NCBI RefSeq assembly: GCF_009834535.1
Contig: NC_045696.1
Location: forward strand, 19,160,001-19,224,000
DNA from: Camelus ferus
Taxonomy: Eukaryota
Length of the DNA stretch: 64,000 bases
Direction: 5' to 3'
The notes under the pieces: model-generated
Seen by the model: only the letters and a program-made list of their open reading frames with translations
What the model was told of the DNA's origin: nothing
Databases searched by the model: none
Shown: positions 50,300 through 64,000 of the stretch, in pieces
How the letters are laid out: every line of letters begins with the position of its first letter
Position numbering within the stretch: the stretch's first letter is position 1
Translations under genes and position numbers: made by a program

Positions 50300-50537
50300 T
50301 AACAAATGATATAAAATAAGATATCAGAAACATGCAGAATTGTTGCATATTTATCATTATTCCACCTTCTAAATTTTTTCTATTTTTAAATTTCTATTAT
50401 GTGGATATTTTATAACATACATATCAGCATGACAATATAAATATATAAACTATAAACAAATAATATCTATATATTGGGAGTAAACTCAAAATTTTTAATA
50501 ATAGAGGTGCATGATTGAAATGGTTTAGTAATAACTG
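50300..50537. mobile_element. hAT/Charlie DNA transposon end fragment (Charlie4-like)
   Basis: tattgggagtaaactcaaaatttttaataatagaggtgcatgattgaaatggtttagtaataactg resembles a Charlie4 terminus. Confidence 0.45.
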
Positions 50538-53500
50538 TCTTAAGATATGAATGGCCTGTTGTCTACACATTGAGTTCATACAAATCTAAAACCACTAATG
50601 GAATTTGTTTATTCAAGCAATTGGTTAATTTGATAAATATTTAAAATCCATTAAACAGACTGGCACCATGCAGAAAAAGAAAATGTTGCATTAATGCACA
50701 AAAGCCTGTATTCAAAAATGAGGATTTTGATAAAATTTTAGCTAGGTTTTCTTACAACAAAATTAGGCTAGTTCATCATATTACATGAACATGAGCATAG
50801 AGCTCTAAATACGATGTGAAGAAAAGGCTTCCAAAAATACAAATAAATAAAAACAAACAATAAAAATTAAAAAGTATAGTAGCAGTTAGACAAATTTAAA
50901 TGAAAATAACAGCTGTGCACACTTAAATGAACTTCTATGGACCTGCAACACAAAAAGCTTGTTTCCTGTATAATACATTGGTACCTTTAACATAGCACAC
51001 TATGTAATTGATACTATCCACCTTTAAATATTAAATATTTTAAATAAAACTGCTTACATCAATGTGAGTTATAATTGTTTCTGATTAATAGAAAATAACA
51101 AACATTTTTTACAGAAATGCAATTGTTTATCTAAGTTATTAACAATATTGTTCTTTGAATGTACAATATCTTAAATTTGTAATAAAATAGTAGCACATAT
51201 TTTAAAATTTCTGCACATGCTCATTATTCATATGTTTTTTAAATATAAAATCAATCATCTTATAAAGAAGAGAAAATCAGCTAAGTTTTGTATTCCACTT
51301 GAAGTTAAATATTTGAAATTCATTCAAAATGTGTTTTTGAGAAATAATTTGTTCTTATATGCTTATTTAAAAATTAATGAAATGTTAGAGAGAACTGAAG
51401 AAATAGCTACAGGAATAGTAAAGCATACTGCCACACATTTTAAATTGTATTTGCCTAAAAAATTCCTTAAATTATCCATTAGAATTAATGTATCTATTGT
51501 TTTTTTCTTATATCTTTCAAATGAAAGAATAAAATGGAGCTATTGTACTTTAGAAATACCAAACTTTTTCAAAAGTCTTTGAAAAACTCTTATACCATAC
51601 TAACACATATAAAATTTAAATTATGATTTTAATTCTTTACTTGGAAAACAATGATTTACATTTTATTTGCAAACTGTCATTTTTATTTTGATGTTTGGGA
51701 ATGTTGGGAAAGAAAACTTCAGGGGAAAAAAGAATCCCCTGAGCATTAGTGGAACTTTATTAAGTCCACTTTATTTTTTCTCCTCTAATATAGAAAGTAA
51801 AAGAAAAAAAAAAAAGGAAAGAAGAGAAAGAAACTGCCAATCTCAAAGAAAAATACTTTGAACAGAGAGAAATACACAATAGTTCTACTTCCAACTCCCC
51901 GGCTCAATTGGTATTTCAATTAAATATGAGGTAGTCAAGTAGAGTAGTCAAATATGTAAGATAATGAAACGATGAAGTGCTCTTAATATAATCATCTTCA
52001 ATTTAGTGTGCGGATAATAAAGTGAGCTAACTGATGACAAACCGAAATGCAAAGCAGTCCAGGCTTTGAATATTTATCATGTTCAAGGGAAGTTCAACGA
52101 TCGAACTAACACATAAGTAGAGTGAAATTTTTTAATACCTTAGAGACACAAATTGCATTTCTGCAAAAATGTTTGCATTATCTAATGATCAGGAGCAATT
52201 GTATTTCACATGGTTGTAAGCATTTGACCCTAGGAGGAAACTTAGCGAAAAGGGCATGCTGTGCTTTGGGTATTAAGAGATGCACTTCCAACATCTGATA
52301 TGCCAGCTTAAGGGGTCCATTTTACCTTCAGAACATCTCTCTTCGTATCTCACTTTTCTTTCCCATCTGCAGTATATGGTAGTTCCATTTAGGTGAGATG
52401 ATGAGATTTCTCACCTTTTCTATTAAAATATCCCCCTTATTCTTTATCTTGGATTCACATCAGCCACCGAGACAAACTATATTTTATTCCTTAAAAAAAA
52501 ATTGCTACTGACATCCTCCACTTAAAATAAGAAAAATTACCAAATAATAAGCAAATAAGTATACCCAAACAACCTCTGTCAGATACTTTTTGCCTGTCAG
52601 GTATGTTTATGATCTCAGCTTCTTAACTTCTTTTAAAAGGTACCACCCAATTTCCTGTAGACTAATTGTTCAAGGCGCATCACACTCAAAGCTTAACCTC
52701 CTCCCAGAGCAGCCTATGATCCTGCCACTGTAAACTCTTTGATTGTCACTCCTGGACACACTTGACCTGTTCAATGCACTGGACCTTTACAGATTTAAAG
52801 GTTAAAGAAGTCCCTGAAAAAGAGGGTTTTTTATATAATCTAAAAGTGTCTTCATCAAAATACATATTTCTATTACTGTTGTGGATTTTACTTGTGTTCT
52901 TGTATTTGTTGATACTGATCCTTTTGGGAGCTAGAACTTAATTATCTTCCCAGTGACATTTGATTATGTACCTAGTTTGTGCACAGACAACTTTAGAAGC
53001 TTATGGACGTTGACAGAAAGTTTAGGTGTATTTGTGAAGAGGCAGACTTAATCAGATCTGAATTTCCTTCATGTTCTAAAAATGCCTACTTTGATTTGAA
53101 AAAGTTCATATTTTCCTATGTATTTTATAAAAGGCAAAATCATAAAGTGAGCTTGTAAGATTACTAGAAAATTTATTGAAAATTCTCTTGTTTAATAATA
53201 TATTTTTAAGAACTGAATTTTGAATTTTTACAGTAGTAAGATAAAAAAGTAAAGCAATTAATAAACTATTTTTGCTTTTCTCCCAGATTTAAGTCATACT
53301 TTATAGGAAGGTTATTGACTTTAAAAAAGCATAGTGGGGGAAATAGTTATATTATTTTACATTAATTTTCAGAGCAAATCTATGAAATAAAGTTGAGTCT
53401 TGCAAATTTTTAAATTCACAGACCCATGAGCACAGCTAGTTCACCCCACCCTAAACTCATAAGTGACCAGTCAGCGCAGACAGATGCTCATGGATTCAAA

Positions 53501-53679
53501 AGACAGTCCCATGGAAACCTATACAGATTAGTACACTATATAGTAAGCTATATAATAGTTTATTTACAGTAGATTTTAGAGTATTCTTTTCATTTACATC
53601 TGAAAATAAACACGCTGTTGTATGAAAGTCCATTTCCTATTGTTGGTTATCTGGAGACACAGAAAATTGCATCTCCCCC

Positions 53680-53970
53680 CTAATTACTCTATGTATGACT
53701 CATTTCTATAATCAGATCAACTTTGTCCTTCTTTTCTCTAAGCTAAACAAATCTAGTTCACTTAATTTCTATTTGCCAAAGGTTAATTATATCTTTGCTT
53801 CTCTTCTCTGACCATCTCCTGCTCTTCCACTTTTTTTTTTTATTTTTTAAAGTTCATTATTGAAAACTGGACATGATTATACAGACCTGACTGATGTAGA
53901 ACAGTGAAAGATTACTTTCTACTTTTTCCATAATTATTTTATTTAATATTTCTCAGTATCTTATTGGATT
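53680..53970 (-). mobile_element. L3/CR1 fragment
   Basis: ccttcttttctctaagctaaacaaatctagttcacttaa...aactggacatgattatacagacctgactgatgtagaacagtg is reverse-strand L3. Confidence 0.6.
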
Positions 53971-54039
53971 ATATCTTATCATGTCATTTCACTGTAAATT
54001 TCACCAAGGCTATAGGTGCCTTTTTTCCCCCTTAATCTT

Positions 54040-54535
54040 ATGACATTTCCCCCTAGAAGTTCTCTTCCCAATCATTCATACATCAATAATTCTGAGCCTC
54101 TGACAGTGCCATCTGCCTCTGTGTCTATCCTCTCCAATCTATCTACCTTAAACCATCAGATTAACCATCCTAAAGTAGCATTACATCACTACATCCTAGG
54201 GGAAGTCACTCCCTCGTAATTGTCACATTAAGCCATAGCCCTTCTGTCTACTTTCAAAATATTCCTTACTACATCCCTGGACATAGAAGTGAGCTGGCTA
54301 CCCTAGGTTATACATTCCTGAAATTTTTTTATAATGCCTTCTTCCTCCTCTACCATAGTATTTATAATATTCTTCTGTAATTATCTATTTAATTCTTTGT
54401 CTTCCCTGCCCTACTCTAAACTCATTGAGAACATTGACTATGTGATGCGCTATTTGTCTTGACAGCCTGGTTTTGTGTACTGGCACCAGGATTCTCCATA
54501 CATTCTTGTGATCAAAATAAGTATGTAAATGAATT
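54040..54535 (+). mobile_element. L2 3' fragment
   Basis: tctcctctccaatcta-like segment, then tctttgtcttccctgccctactctaaactcattgagaacattgactatgt and a gtaaatgaat tail. Confidence 0.55.
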
Positions 54536-54664
54536 AATACTCAAATAATTTTGTGAAAATATTAAATCAATGTATTTAAATACTTCCATAAATAAAATTT
54601 CTCTGTAACTCATTAGACATGTCTGAATCTAAACTTTCATCTATCCTAAAAAAGAGGCAAGGGT

Positions 54665-55607
54665 GAATGTTGTCTTGGAAGGAGGAGACTGTGACAAAGC
54701 GGCAGCTCCTGGGTAAAAAAATTCTTGGACTAGAGAGAGAGAAAGAGGGAAGGGGCAAGCAGTCAGAGTTGAGGTTCCTGAAGACTCCCCTGGGTTACAA
54801 CTTCATAGAGAAAACTACAAAATGCCCCAAATAGAGGAGAAAGTTGAGTCCCACAGGGCTTTTGTTTATCTTCTTATTAGGGAATCTGGACCACCTTGAG
54901 GAAGGTCCTGGTACCTACAGAATTGTAGAGGAAGAGAAACGATGCTTGATTTATTTAGAGCCAGAGAGGGTTTAAGAGTACTCCTCTTGCACTTAAATCG
55001 GTTCTTGGGCACCAAGGAAAGATAGTTGAGAGCCAGTAGTTCTGTTGTATTGAGAGCGGAGCATGACCCCATGGCAAAGGCTACACTTAAAGCACCTGGG
55101 ACAAGTACTGAACGGAGGACATGTTGGAAGCCCCAGATTCAACAGAACCAGTAAGAGCAGTGGTGGGGATGGGTCCACAAGGAGGGCTCAAGAGGCTGAC
55201 TGGGGCCAGGACAGAGATGAACTTACCCAGCTACAGTTTGCACCGTGACCGGCAAGTGGACCCCCAATGTTACAGAGTATCAGTGCATGAGCCAGTGAGG
55301 ATCCAGATGACAGCTGAAGGACCTCATGCAGAGCTCAGGCTTATGGCCTTGTCACGATGAGGACAACAGCAGTCTTCTACACACCAGCCATATAGAGGAG
55401 CAGAAGAGTCCCTGGACGATGGGGCATTTCCCTAAAGGAGACTATTGAAAAAAAAAAAAAAAAGGCTTCTTTACTTTTAACTGTAATTTTTCAAAGCTCC
55501 CCTGTCCTGAGCAGAAAGGGAAACTTTTGAAAAGTCTCCTAGAAAATAACACTAATGTGTTTTCTAAAATACCTAGGGGGTGCTATGAAAAAATTCTACC
55601 CAGCAAC
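54665..55607. mobile_element. Probable very old LTR (LTR78/LTR85/Gypsy-like, unassigned)
   Basis: GC/purine-richer ~940-bp block between AT-rich flanks, from TG... to ...ctacccagcaaCA. Family not certain. Confidence 0.4.
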
Positions 55608-55798
55608 AGATAAAGGAAAGGACCATTTACCCCACTGTCACTGGGGTCGTTGCATGACAATTTTTTGCCCCTCAAAAACTCTAAATAACCATTCTAAAGC
55701 TGCACGCAGAGTCAGAGTATAAAACCTTCCCACAAAATCCAGCTCTGACATATTGGTGTAAGCCAATCATCTGCTTGGCCTTAGTATCTATACCCCCT

Positions 55799-56190
55799 TG
55801 CTATAGGCTGAATTGTATCCTTCCAAAATTTCCATGTTGAAACCATACTCCCAATGTGACTGTGTTTGGAGACTGGGTTCTTAAGGAGATAATCAAGGAT
55901 AAATAAGATCATAAGGGTCAGTTCCTAATCCAATAGGATTGATGACATTATAAAAAGATCAATAGGTACCAAAGCTCTCTCTCTCCTTGCACACAGAAAA
56001 AAGGCTATGTGAGAACACAGGGACAAGGTGGCAGTCTATAAATCAGCAGGAGAGGTCTCACCAGGAAACAAATGTTCCAGCATCTTAATCTTGGACTTCA
56101 TGTCTCCAGAGCTATGAGAAAATTAAGTTCTGTTATTTAAGCCATCTGATCTGTGGTATTTCGTTACGGCAACCTGGACAGACTAATATA
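55799..56190 (+). mobile_element. MaLR solo LTR (MLT1A/B-like)
   Basis: TGctataggctgaattgtatcc...cccaatgtgactgtgtttggaga...ctaatccaataggattg...cttaatcttggacttc...gtggtatttcgttacggcaacctggacagactaata; flanks cccct/ccact give a 4/5 TSD match. Confidence 0.9.
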
Positions 56191-56859
56191 CCACTCTAAA
56201 TAAATTTTCTGTAGTCTTGTAAATTTCTTCACTGTGTTCCGTAGTTTCCCATTTTTGTGCATTTATTCATAGCTCACCTCACCTTTCTCTTCGTTTTTTT
56301 TCTATTCCTTCTACTACTGATCTTGAAGAAGTAGGGCAGCTTCTACCTTCTAGGTATGAGCATACTTTCTTCTCTCTCTCTCTCTCTGCTAAGATCTCAG
56401 AGCTGCACAATTTAGCTCTTCATTGAATCTATATCACTCATGTTTGTTTATTAGACTTTGTTCAGCAACTGGACTTTGAATTTCTTGGGAAAGGATGAAC
56501 ATTTATGCTTCTTGAATAAATCTGACTATATCTAGCAGGCTGTTCCATTATTGAGCTTTATGGTCAGCATGGACCTCCTAGGTCTATTTCATTTGTAGTT
56601 TCATGAGGTTATTTTATTACCATACATTTTAATCCCCTACTAATAGTTAATTTCATTTTAATGAATGTGCTTTTCTTATCAATTGTATATTTTGTATAGT
56701 CAGTTAGACAGATTTATGTTTTTAGTTTGCTTAATTTGTTGCTTGTTTTTTTTTTTGTTTGTTTTTACGTTTTATTTTGTGGCCCCTTATTCAAAATAAC
56801 TGTATAGCTTTTATCTGAACATCACCACAACATGTCTAAAATATTGTAAAAAAAGCAAA

Positions 56860-57010
56860 AGGCATGGAGTCAGAAGACCATTAAATAATGATCTCTTTTC
56901 CCCTGAGCCTCTTAGCACCTTCTTAAAAATATGGGAAATCTAGTCTCTACTTGACTGTAAAGAACAACTAGAAAGTGTATGAAAGGGTTTTTAAACCATG
57001 AAGAGCAATA
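56860..57010 (+). mobile_element. MIR fragment
   Basis: ggcatggagtcagaagacc...ccctgagcctc...aaaatatggga...gtgtatgaaagggttttt. Confidence 0.5.
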
Positions 57011-59469
57011 AAATTGTTACTCTTTGGAGAAGATCAGAAACTTTAAAATTGTTTAAGTTCCAACTAATTGAAATACTTTTCAAATAAGTTTTTTAAAATG
57101 CTACATCATACTTTGCATACTATTACGAATGCCAAAAGTTTGTCAAATTCACTTAGTATTTTATTGTTTGGTTAAAATATAATTAAACTTTTAAATGCCT
57201 AAATTAACATGGCAACTATACTGATAGTTTGGGTACAATTATTCTCAGATAAATTTCCTATATAGGCTATAACCGACTTATGGCACTTTCATAGGTCAAA
57301 GTATTCATCATGGTCACATCTTTACTGGCACTATATCTGTAAATTTAATTTTACTGCTTCTTTATGTCTTCTTTTGAAATAAAAGGACCGCAAGGAGTTT
57401 AAAAAAAAAAAGATGTTAGATATTTGATAATGGCCTTGAGAGTAAAATCAAATTTACATGATAATGTTGCCTGTGTTCCAAGGGAGCCACTTTGAATGGT
57501 GCAAAAAGAGGTGGTGAGGATCCAAGAAAACCACCACTCCTTCTAGTTGGGATATGAAAAATGTGTGTACACAGATACACATGAACATGCACAAGCACAC
57601 ACACACATATTTAATAGTTTCTTTTTTTCTCTATATACAATATGTACTCAATGGTGCTCAAAGTGAGGGCCCTGGGAGATCATTTACTCTGCCATGTTAC
57701 CAATCACCAGCCCATCCCAGCTTACAACTGCTATCAAAAAAATTCTTCCCCTAAAATCATCTGGTATCTCAAGCTGAATTTACATATTTCCATTTTATAA
57801 ACATCCTCAGATAATTATGTCTAAACAACAGAAACTTTTACTGTATGAGTCATTGTATTATATTGCCTTTTTCTTTTGGTGTTCTATCATCTCTAGAATG
57901 TCTACTTTTCCTTGCATAGCATATTTTTAATCAAAATAAGAAACTGCTATGTTGTTCATAGAATACACACAAAAAATTCATTATTAAAAGCAATTACAAA
58001 GTACAAGTATCATTTCTATCTGGCTATTAATTCTCTGATCAATATGAAAGTAGCCAGGAAGCATAGGAGGTAATCTAGTCTCTAATAAACTGTAAATGAA
58101 ACTCTGTGATTTATTATATTTTTAGAATTTAATGTGCCCATAAATATTTCAATTCACTCATTTCAAATATATTCAGAAACATACTAATAGGTATTTGGAT
58201 AACATCAAAGTTATGAATTCTGAGGTTTTAAAATTGAATTATTTATATTGAATGGAAATAACCAGTGATGAAGGGTCATTATTCTTATAAAGTATCATAT
58301 TCTCTAGTTTTAATCATCTACTCATATACATTTTTCCTACTGCCTCCGCTGTCCTGAATCCTACAAATATAGAATAAAGAATGCTTTTGAACCTTAAATT
58401 TCCATTGTACTTTACCTGTATCTCTTTTGTGGCACACCACTTTCTATCTGAATTATACTCATGTACCTATATACCCACATTCTATAATAGATTCTATAAA
58501 AGGTATTTGAGGGTATAATATGTTTATTACCATCTCTTTATTTTTTACAGAATATGGTACAGTATCTTTCACAAAGTAAATATTCAATAATATCTCCTGA
58601 CCCAGTGAATCTGTAACAGGTTATTAAAGTTTAACTCATTTTTGTCTGAGACATAAAATGAATAGATGTTACACTCCGAAGTAGCTTGTAAGACATAACT
58701 TCAAGCAGACATTTTATAGCAGGTGATTGAGAAGCAGTTAGAGGATTCACTCATATCTAACACATAAAACGGTCAGATTTGTCTGCAGAATTTTCTGAGG
58801 AGCATGTAATTGAAAAGACCTGTATTAAAATTTCAATCTCCAACAAGGTGGAGAATGCAGGCCACTATCCCAAGTCGCTGGGCTTCAGTGCCAAAAGCTT
58901 ACTGTTTGTCTTCTGCCACTGGGGAGATCCAGACAGCTGGTGTTTGAACCATATCGACAAAGCTAAGGGTAAGGACCTGACTAGGGCGGGAATGCGTCAG
59001 GGAATAAACTACATTCTTCTCTCCAGCCAGTCAAAGGTGCATGAATTCCAATGGCTTCTTTAAAAGGTTTCCAGTTTCTGATGAATTCTGCCGAAGAGTG
59101 AGATGTCCTCAGAAGAAAGAGATGGAGTCTATCTTCAGGTGCCAAAGTAGCAAGGGCTTTTTGGGTGAGTGCAGACGAAAGCTGGGTGTGGTCTAAACTG
59201 AGACAGTTGAAGTTGAAGGAGCCCAACACAGGACATGGGACCACCGATCACAAAAACTCACAGACACTTTAAGATGATACCTGTTCAGTAAAAATTTGGG
59301 CTTTTTCTTCGCTCCCTCTCTTGTCTCAGACCAGCTCTGCAAAGGCCAAAAATTTTGTATTAAAAGGGAAACAGATACAAGAGAGCAGAAAAACCCCCTA
59401 CTCTACTTCTAAAAATAGGATCTCGCCTGCCACAGGTCTCAGCTGGAGGTGAAGGAGACAACGTGATTG

Positions 59470-60250
59470 TTTTGTTTTTAAAAGCGTTCTTGAGCTATAA
59501 TTGACATACAATATGCTACATAAACTGAAAGTATAAAATCTAATGATTGACAGATACATGCATCTGTGAGACCTCAGCACAATCAAGAGAGTGAATATAT
59601 CCTTACTCCCCGAAATTTTCTTCTTCCTACTTTGCAATCCCTCCTTCTTATCCTCATCCCACCTTGCCATCCCAAAACAAGAATGAATCTACTATTATTA
59701 GAAATTAGTTTGCATTTCCTTGAGTTTTATGTAAATGGAATTATATAGGGTCTATTCTTTTGGGGAGGAGCAGGGGCCTGGTCTTTTTGTCAACAAAATT
59801 ATTTTGAGGTTCATCCATGGTGTTGCTTGTATCAATAGTTCACTCATTTTTATTGCTAATATTTCATTTTTTAGGCATAGCACAATTTATCCACCTGGTA
59901 GTGGACATTTATATTATTTTGTCTATTACAAATATCTCTGCTATGAATAAATATACAATGTTTTGTATGGATATATCTTTTTTTTTCCCCTTGGGTAAAT
60001 AACTAGGAGCAGAATGGCCAGGTCATATGGTTGGTGTATAATTAACTTTTAAAAAAGAACAATCTGGCAAAATTTTCCCAAAGTTGTTGTGTTATTTAAT
60101 ATTCACACCAGCAGTGAATTAAAGAGTTCAAGTTCCCTGCCATCCTCTTCAATACTTGACATGATCAGTCTTTTTTAATAGGCATGTCATGGTATCTCAC
60201 AGTGATTTTAATTTTCATTTCATAAAAAACTAATGATGCATATTTTAATG
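59470..60250 (-). mobile_element. L1MB-type 3' end
   Basis: ttgagctataattgacatacaata...gtaaatggaattata...ttttgaggttcatccatgg...cttgggtaaataactaggagcagaatggccaggtcatatgg...ggtatctcacagtgattttaatttt. Confidence 0.88.
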
Positions 60251-62099
60251 TGTACATTTATAATTTACCCAAAACTGAATATTTCAAATTACAGAAATTA
60301 GGCAGTTTTTATGACTTTAAGTGACTCCAGTTCTGTCTATTCCTTGCATAAACAACATACCAGTCTTGACTAAATAAACTTTTTTCAGCTTTTAGTTTTT
60401 TAGTTCAAGAAATGTCTCCTGATTTAGTAACTCAGGAAACCTATAATAGTTGTTTAATTAGTTAAAAGTTGTGTAGTCATTAATGTGGCATAATCTTAAT
60501 TAATGAAAGCTGTTTTTGGAAATAGCAGGGCAATTTTTGATAGTTATAGCACTAAGCACAGCATCTGTAAGAAATTAAGCATATTACCAGAAATAAATGG
60601 GGAAACTGAAGGGTGATATGAGGTCCACTGGATGTCTTTTAAATGTTTCAGAACAGGTTTCAGACAACTGCTTCAGACTGGAAACACCATGCCAAATATC
60701 ACCTAACTAACAAATGAAAATTAAATGTAAAATCAATAAAATATGACCACAAGGTTGATTTCAAATTATTCACAAAATATATACACAGAAATGTGAACTA
60801 AACACCAATATTATATCTAGTAAACTATGATTCAGTAGAGGCTTCAAATCCATCATATATGTGTTTTAAACAATCTTATATATATTCAATTTTTAAGGGA
60901 CAGGAAGGCACTTGTGTCATGTAATCTTATATTTATTATATTTTATTCTATTAACCAATTATCCATACATATCCTCCAAACTGTTTGCTAACTTCGCTCA
61001 TAAAATCTCCTACAGTTACTCATTGATTCAATATAATTTTTCCAGTAGTTATTTTTTAAAAAATGGGGTGGGAGTGGTGATCCTGACAAGCAGCCACAAG
61101 GTATTTTCACTTTGATAAATGCAAGTCCTTGACATCACATTAGACCTTTTGCATTACCGATCTAATGAGGAAGAGGAATATAAGAACAGTGATTTAATAT
61201 TAACCCCCAAAAGTAAAGGTTGCTATCAGTCTGTCAGGATGATTGTAATAGATTGGGAAGAAATGTTACTCTAATAGCTGTCCTCATACTAAAAAACAGA
61301 ACAATCACAAACTCAAAGAGGTTTCTTTTTCCAATGTTCACATATTCTGAGAAAACGTAATTCATTTTTATAGAATTTTCAATCAATTTTGACTTTGAGA
61401 AATGGAAATACTAAGGGAAAAAAACATCCTCAGAATTGTTCAAAACATTTTATCAGTGAAACATTCAAAATTGAGGATAAAATGAACTACTCTTGTTGGG
61501 TAGGAATCTAAGAAACAGTGTCCTCTAATTAACTACAATGAACTGATACTTCCTGTTTCAATTTCACATGAGAAGATCTATTCTGTTATCCCCACCCCTT
61601 TCTGTACAGTTACTCTCTTTCCCAACAGTGAAATATCTTACCAAAATTGTCCACAAAATATAATCTCATTTGTCAGCCTTGAAATACATAGTTTCAAATT
61701 TGCTAATCCATGCCAATACAGAAATCTTGCTTAGATCTCAGAATCTTTAAAAAATGTTTTTGTCTTCATACTGAAGGCATTTAGACAAAATACTGTGATA
61801 ACATGTTTAAAACTTACTTGGGTTATTTCTTTGTCCCACTCTTCACCTGGTTGTGCTATTCATTTGAAATTCAGTTAAGTTAACTTGTTTTCCTTTTTAA
61901 AGATTTTTTGTCCAACCTCATTTATTTTATTTTATTGACTGTATAAAACTTTACTGTGTATCCAAATGTCAAAAATGAAAATGTGTATTTTCATATAATT
62001 TGAGGTCATCTTCATTTTTTTTTATTTGACCTTTACAGTAATTTCAAAGACTTGACCTTATCCAGAACTAGTTAAGCAGAATTTATAAATCTGTTTTCT

Positions 62100-62570
62100 T
62101 GTGTCTGATGCTGGATCTTGAGGGACACAGGGACAGGCCACAGAGAAGAGAGGACAGATGTCGGGGAAGAGCAAGAACCAATTGGAACCCAAAGCACAAG
62201 CCATAGCCCAGGAGGAGAAGTGAAAATCTCTGTCACTTGTCCTTATCTCTGCCCTGAGTGGCATGCGTGTTCTACAGAAGCTGGGCTCCATCACAGGGCG
62301 AGCACGCACTGACTTAGGAACTGATGAATCCAAAAAAGAAACAAGGGCAAGGTAGGCAGTGGCAGGCCTGGCCTCGCCCTTCATGAGAGAAAGGAGTTAA
62401 GAGATCAGCAACAAGATGTGAGGGCTACAAAATGGCTGCCACTCCACTGTCATCCTCCGAATCTTCCACAAGGGTCTCCTCTGTAACCCACCCTAACTGG
62501 AAACATACAGAAAAGGGAACCATAGGAAAGGTATTTAAACTTAACCAAGTTGACACGTCACAAAGCCACA
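62100..62570 (-). mobile_element. LTR41-like ERVL LTR
   Basis: Ends ccaccctaactggaaacatacagaaaagggaa...taaccaagttgacacgtcacaaagccaCA, the reverse complement of an LTR41-type 5' end (tgtggctttgtgacgtgtcaacttgg). Confidence 0.6.
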
Positions 62571-64000
62571 TAAGGATTCAATACCAGCATTTTCTGTTTT
62601 CAAACTTAGTTCTCAAGTTCTGTGCTAAATGATTATCATCAGAAGAAGATGAGAGACTTCTTCCCCTGATTTCTGAGTGTAAGGATGTTAGAAGCTGCCA
62701 ATATATAGGCAATTGAGGGAAATGCATTTTCAATGAAATTACATCTAACCAGAATTAGTAATATCTAGCATGGCACTTAGCACAATTGCCTGGCAAAAAG
62801 TAGGCACTCAATAAGCTCATATGAAATGAATGTCCAGATTGGGGAAGGTGGGGAAAGGAAGAGAAACATGGTCATAGTGGATATGAAGGAAGGACGAATG
62901 GGGCCAGAAACTTGATGGTCCTGGGGAACCAAAAGAATGTCTGGAAACCAAATATTCTGAAGTCATAGCTAAAAGCCTGGTGAATCAAACTCTGGATTTT
63001 CACAGGGTTACTTGTAATCTGGTAAATAGGTGGTCTTTTTGTTTATTCATTTAAAACTTTCTTTTACATCTTTAACAGAAATATTTACAAAGTTTTGTGG
63101 TCTTAGTGTTTTCTGAAATTCACACTGAAAAATTCTTGTCTGTGTTTCCTACACCATTCATTTGCATACATTTGTAAAATACTCAGATTAGTCAAGAAAT
63201 TAAATGTCTTCTATTTGGTAGACATTATGAAGTGAGCAACTGCCCTTTTAGATATATCGCTTCAATAGCAAAGAAAACAAACTCATGAAGGATTTTGACT
63301 GAATTCTTAAATCTATAGTTTTCTTTGTCCTGTATTTTCTTGGAAAGCATTTTTAGAAATGGTGCAAACATCATAGTTTATCTAGGGAAATTTTGGGTAC
63401 AAATAAAAGCTAGTAATTCTTAAAATTTCATTGTCATTATTAGATCAGCATAAAAGACTAGTAGATATGATCAGAAGCCCTTAATTGTTCTAACAGAAAA
63501 GAATATGAGATATCACTCTGACCTGGATTCCTGTTTTGATGAAGTGTAAAATCAACCTGTATTAGAGCAAAGTTATTTTAAAAATCAATAGTGATAAGTG
63601 ATGGATGAAAAGTGCAAATCTATCTTTGTGAGCAATAGAGTTTTTAATGGAACTAACCTGTATGGTCCAAAGACTATTATGTGTCCCAGTAAGAGTTCAT
63701 GCAGGGTGGAAGGTGGGAATTAGTTTTGCAAAAGACATAAAGAAAAAAAAATGAAAAGCTAGTCATTTTTATCTTAAATACCATAGAGTATTCTATTCAT
63801 TTGCCTTTGAAGTTTCCTGTTTTTCCATTGATTATTCAGTGTAATTATAACCATGCATTAAACAAGGTCACCTAGGACATAACTAAATATTTCAGCTTGA
63901 ATTTTAGTTTTGGAGACTCACTCCAAAGTGGAAATGGATGTGGTTATTTAGAAAAATAATTTTCAAACCAATTAACATATTCCCATTCTTTCTTTTATGA

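Noticed and set aside
51217..51582. 121-aa ORF
   Set aside because: Its K/I/F/L/N composition mirrors very AT-rich DNA; no recognisable domain or convincing exon structure.
1..64000. CRISPR arrays, tRNA/rRNA genes, prokaryote-style operons
   Set aside because: The sequence is mammalian; no repeat-spacer arrays, cloverleaf or rRNA-like segments were seen.

Overview
AT-rich, gene-poor mammalian genomic DNA (intergenic or deep intronic) in which I find no recognisable intact protein-coding gene, tRNA, rRNA or CRISPR array. Much of the window is decayed interspersed repeat: ancient eutherian elements (MIR, L2, L3/CR1, L1M, MaLR MLT1, MLT2, LTR16/33/41, MER21, MER5 and other hAT elements), younger ERV1-type solo LTRs, and short L1 3' ends of cetartiodactyl type. 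One young L1 looks camelid-like, which is an inference from memory. The standout feature is a ~140-bp GC/CpG-rich island at ~49914-50053 that translates into a near-exact piece of the SART1 N-terminus (...GGERRKRSRERGGERG...EAEA...). It has no poly(A) tail and no clear target-site duplication, and it carries a perfect in-frame 15-bp duplication. It therefore looks like an orphan templated gene-fragment insertion rather than a classical processed pseudogene, and the longest ORF in the window (146 aa, minus strand) runs antisense across it. Other points are a twin-primed (5'-inverted) young L1 with TSDs, a retained MaLR internal region, a triple AP-1 tandem repeat, several motif-dense non-repeat segments and two weak candidate exons. 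All repeat family names come from my recall of consensus sequences and need RepeatMasker/Dfam confirmation; boundaries of old repeats are approximate.
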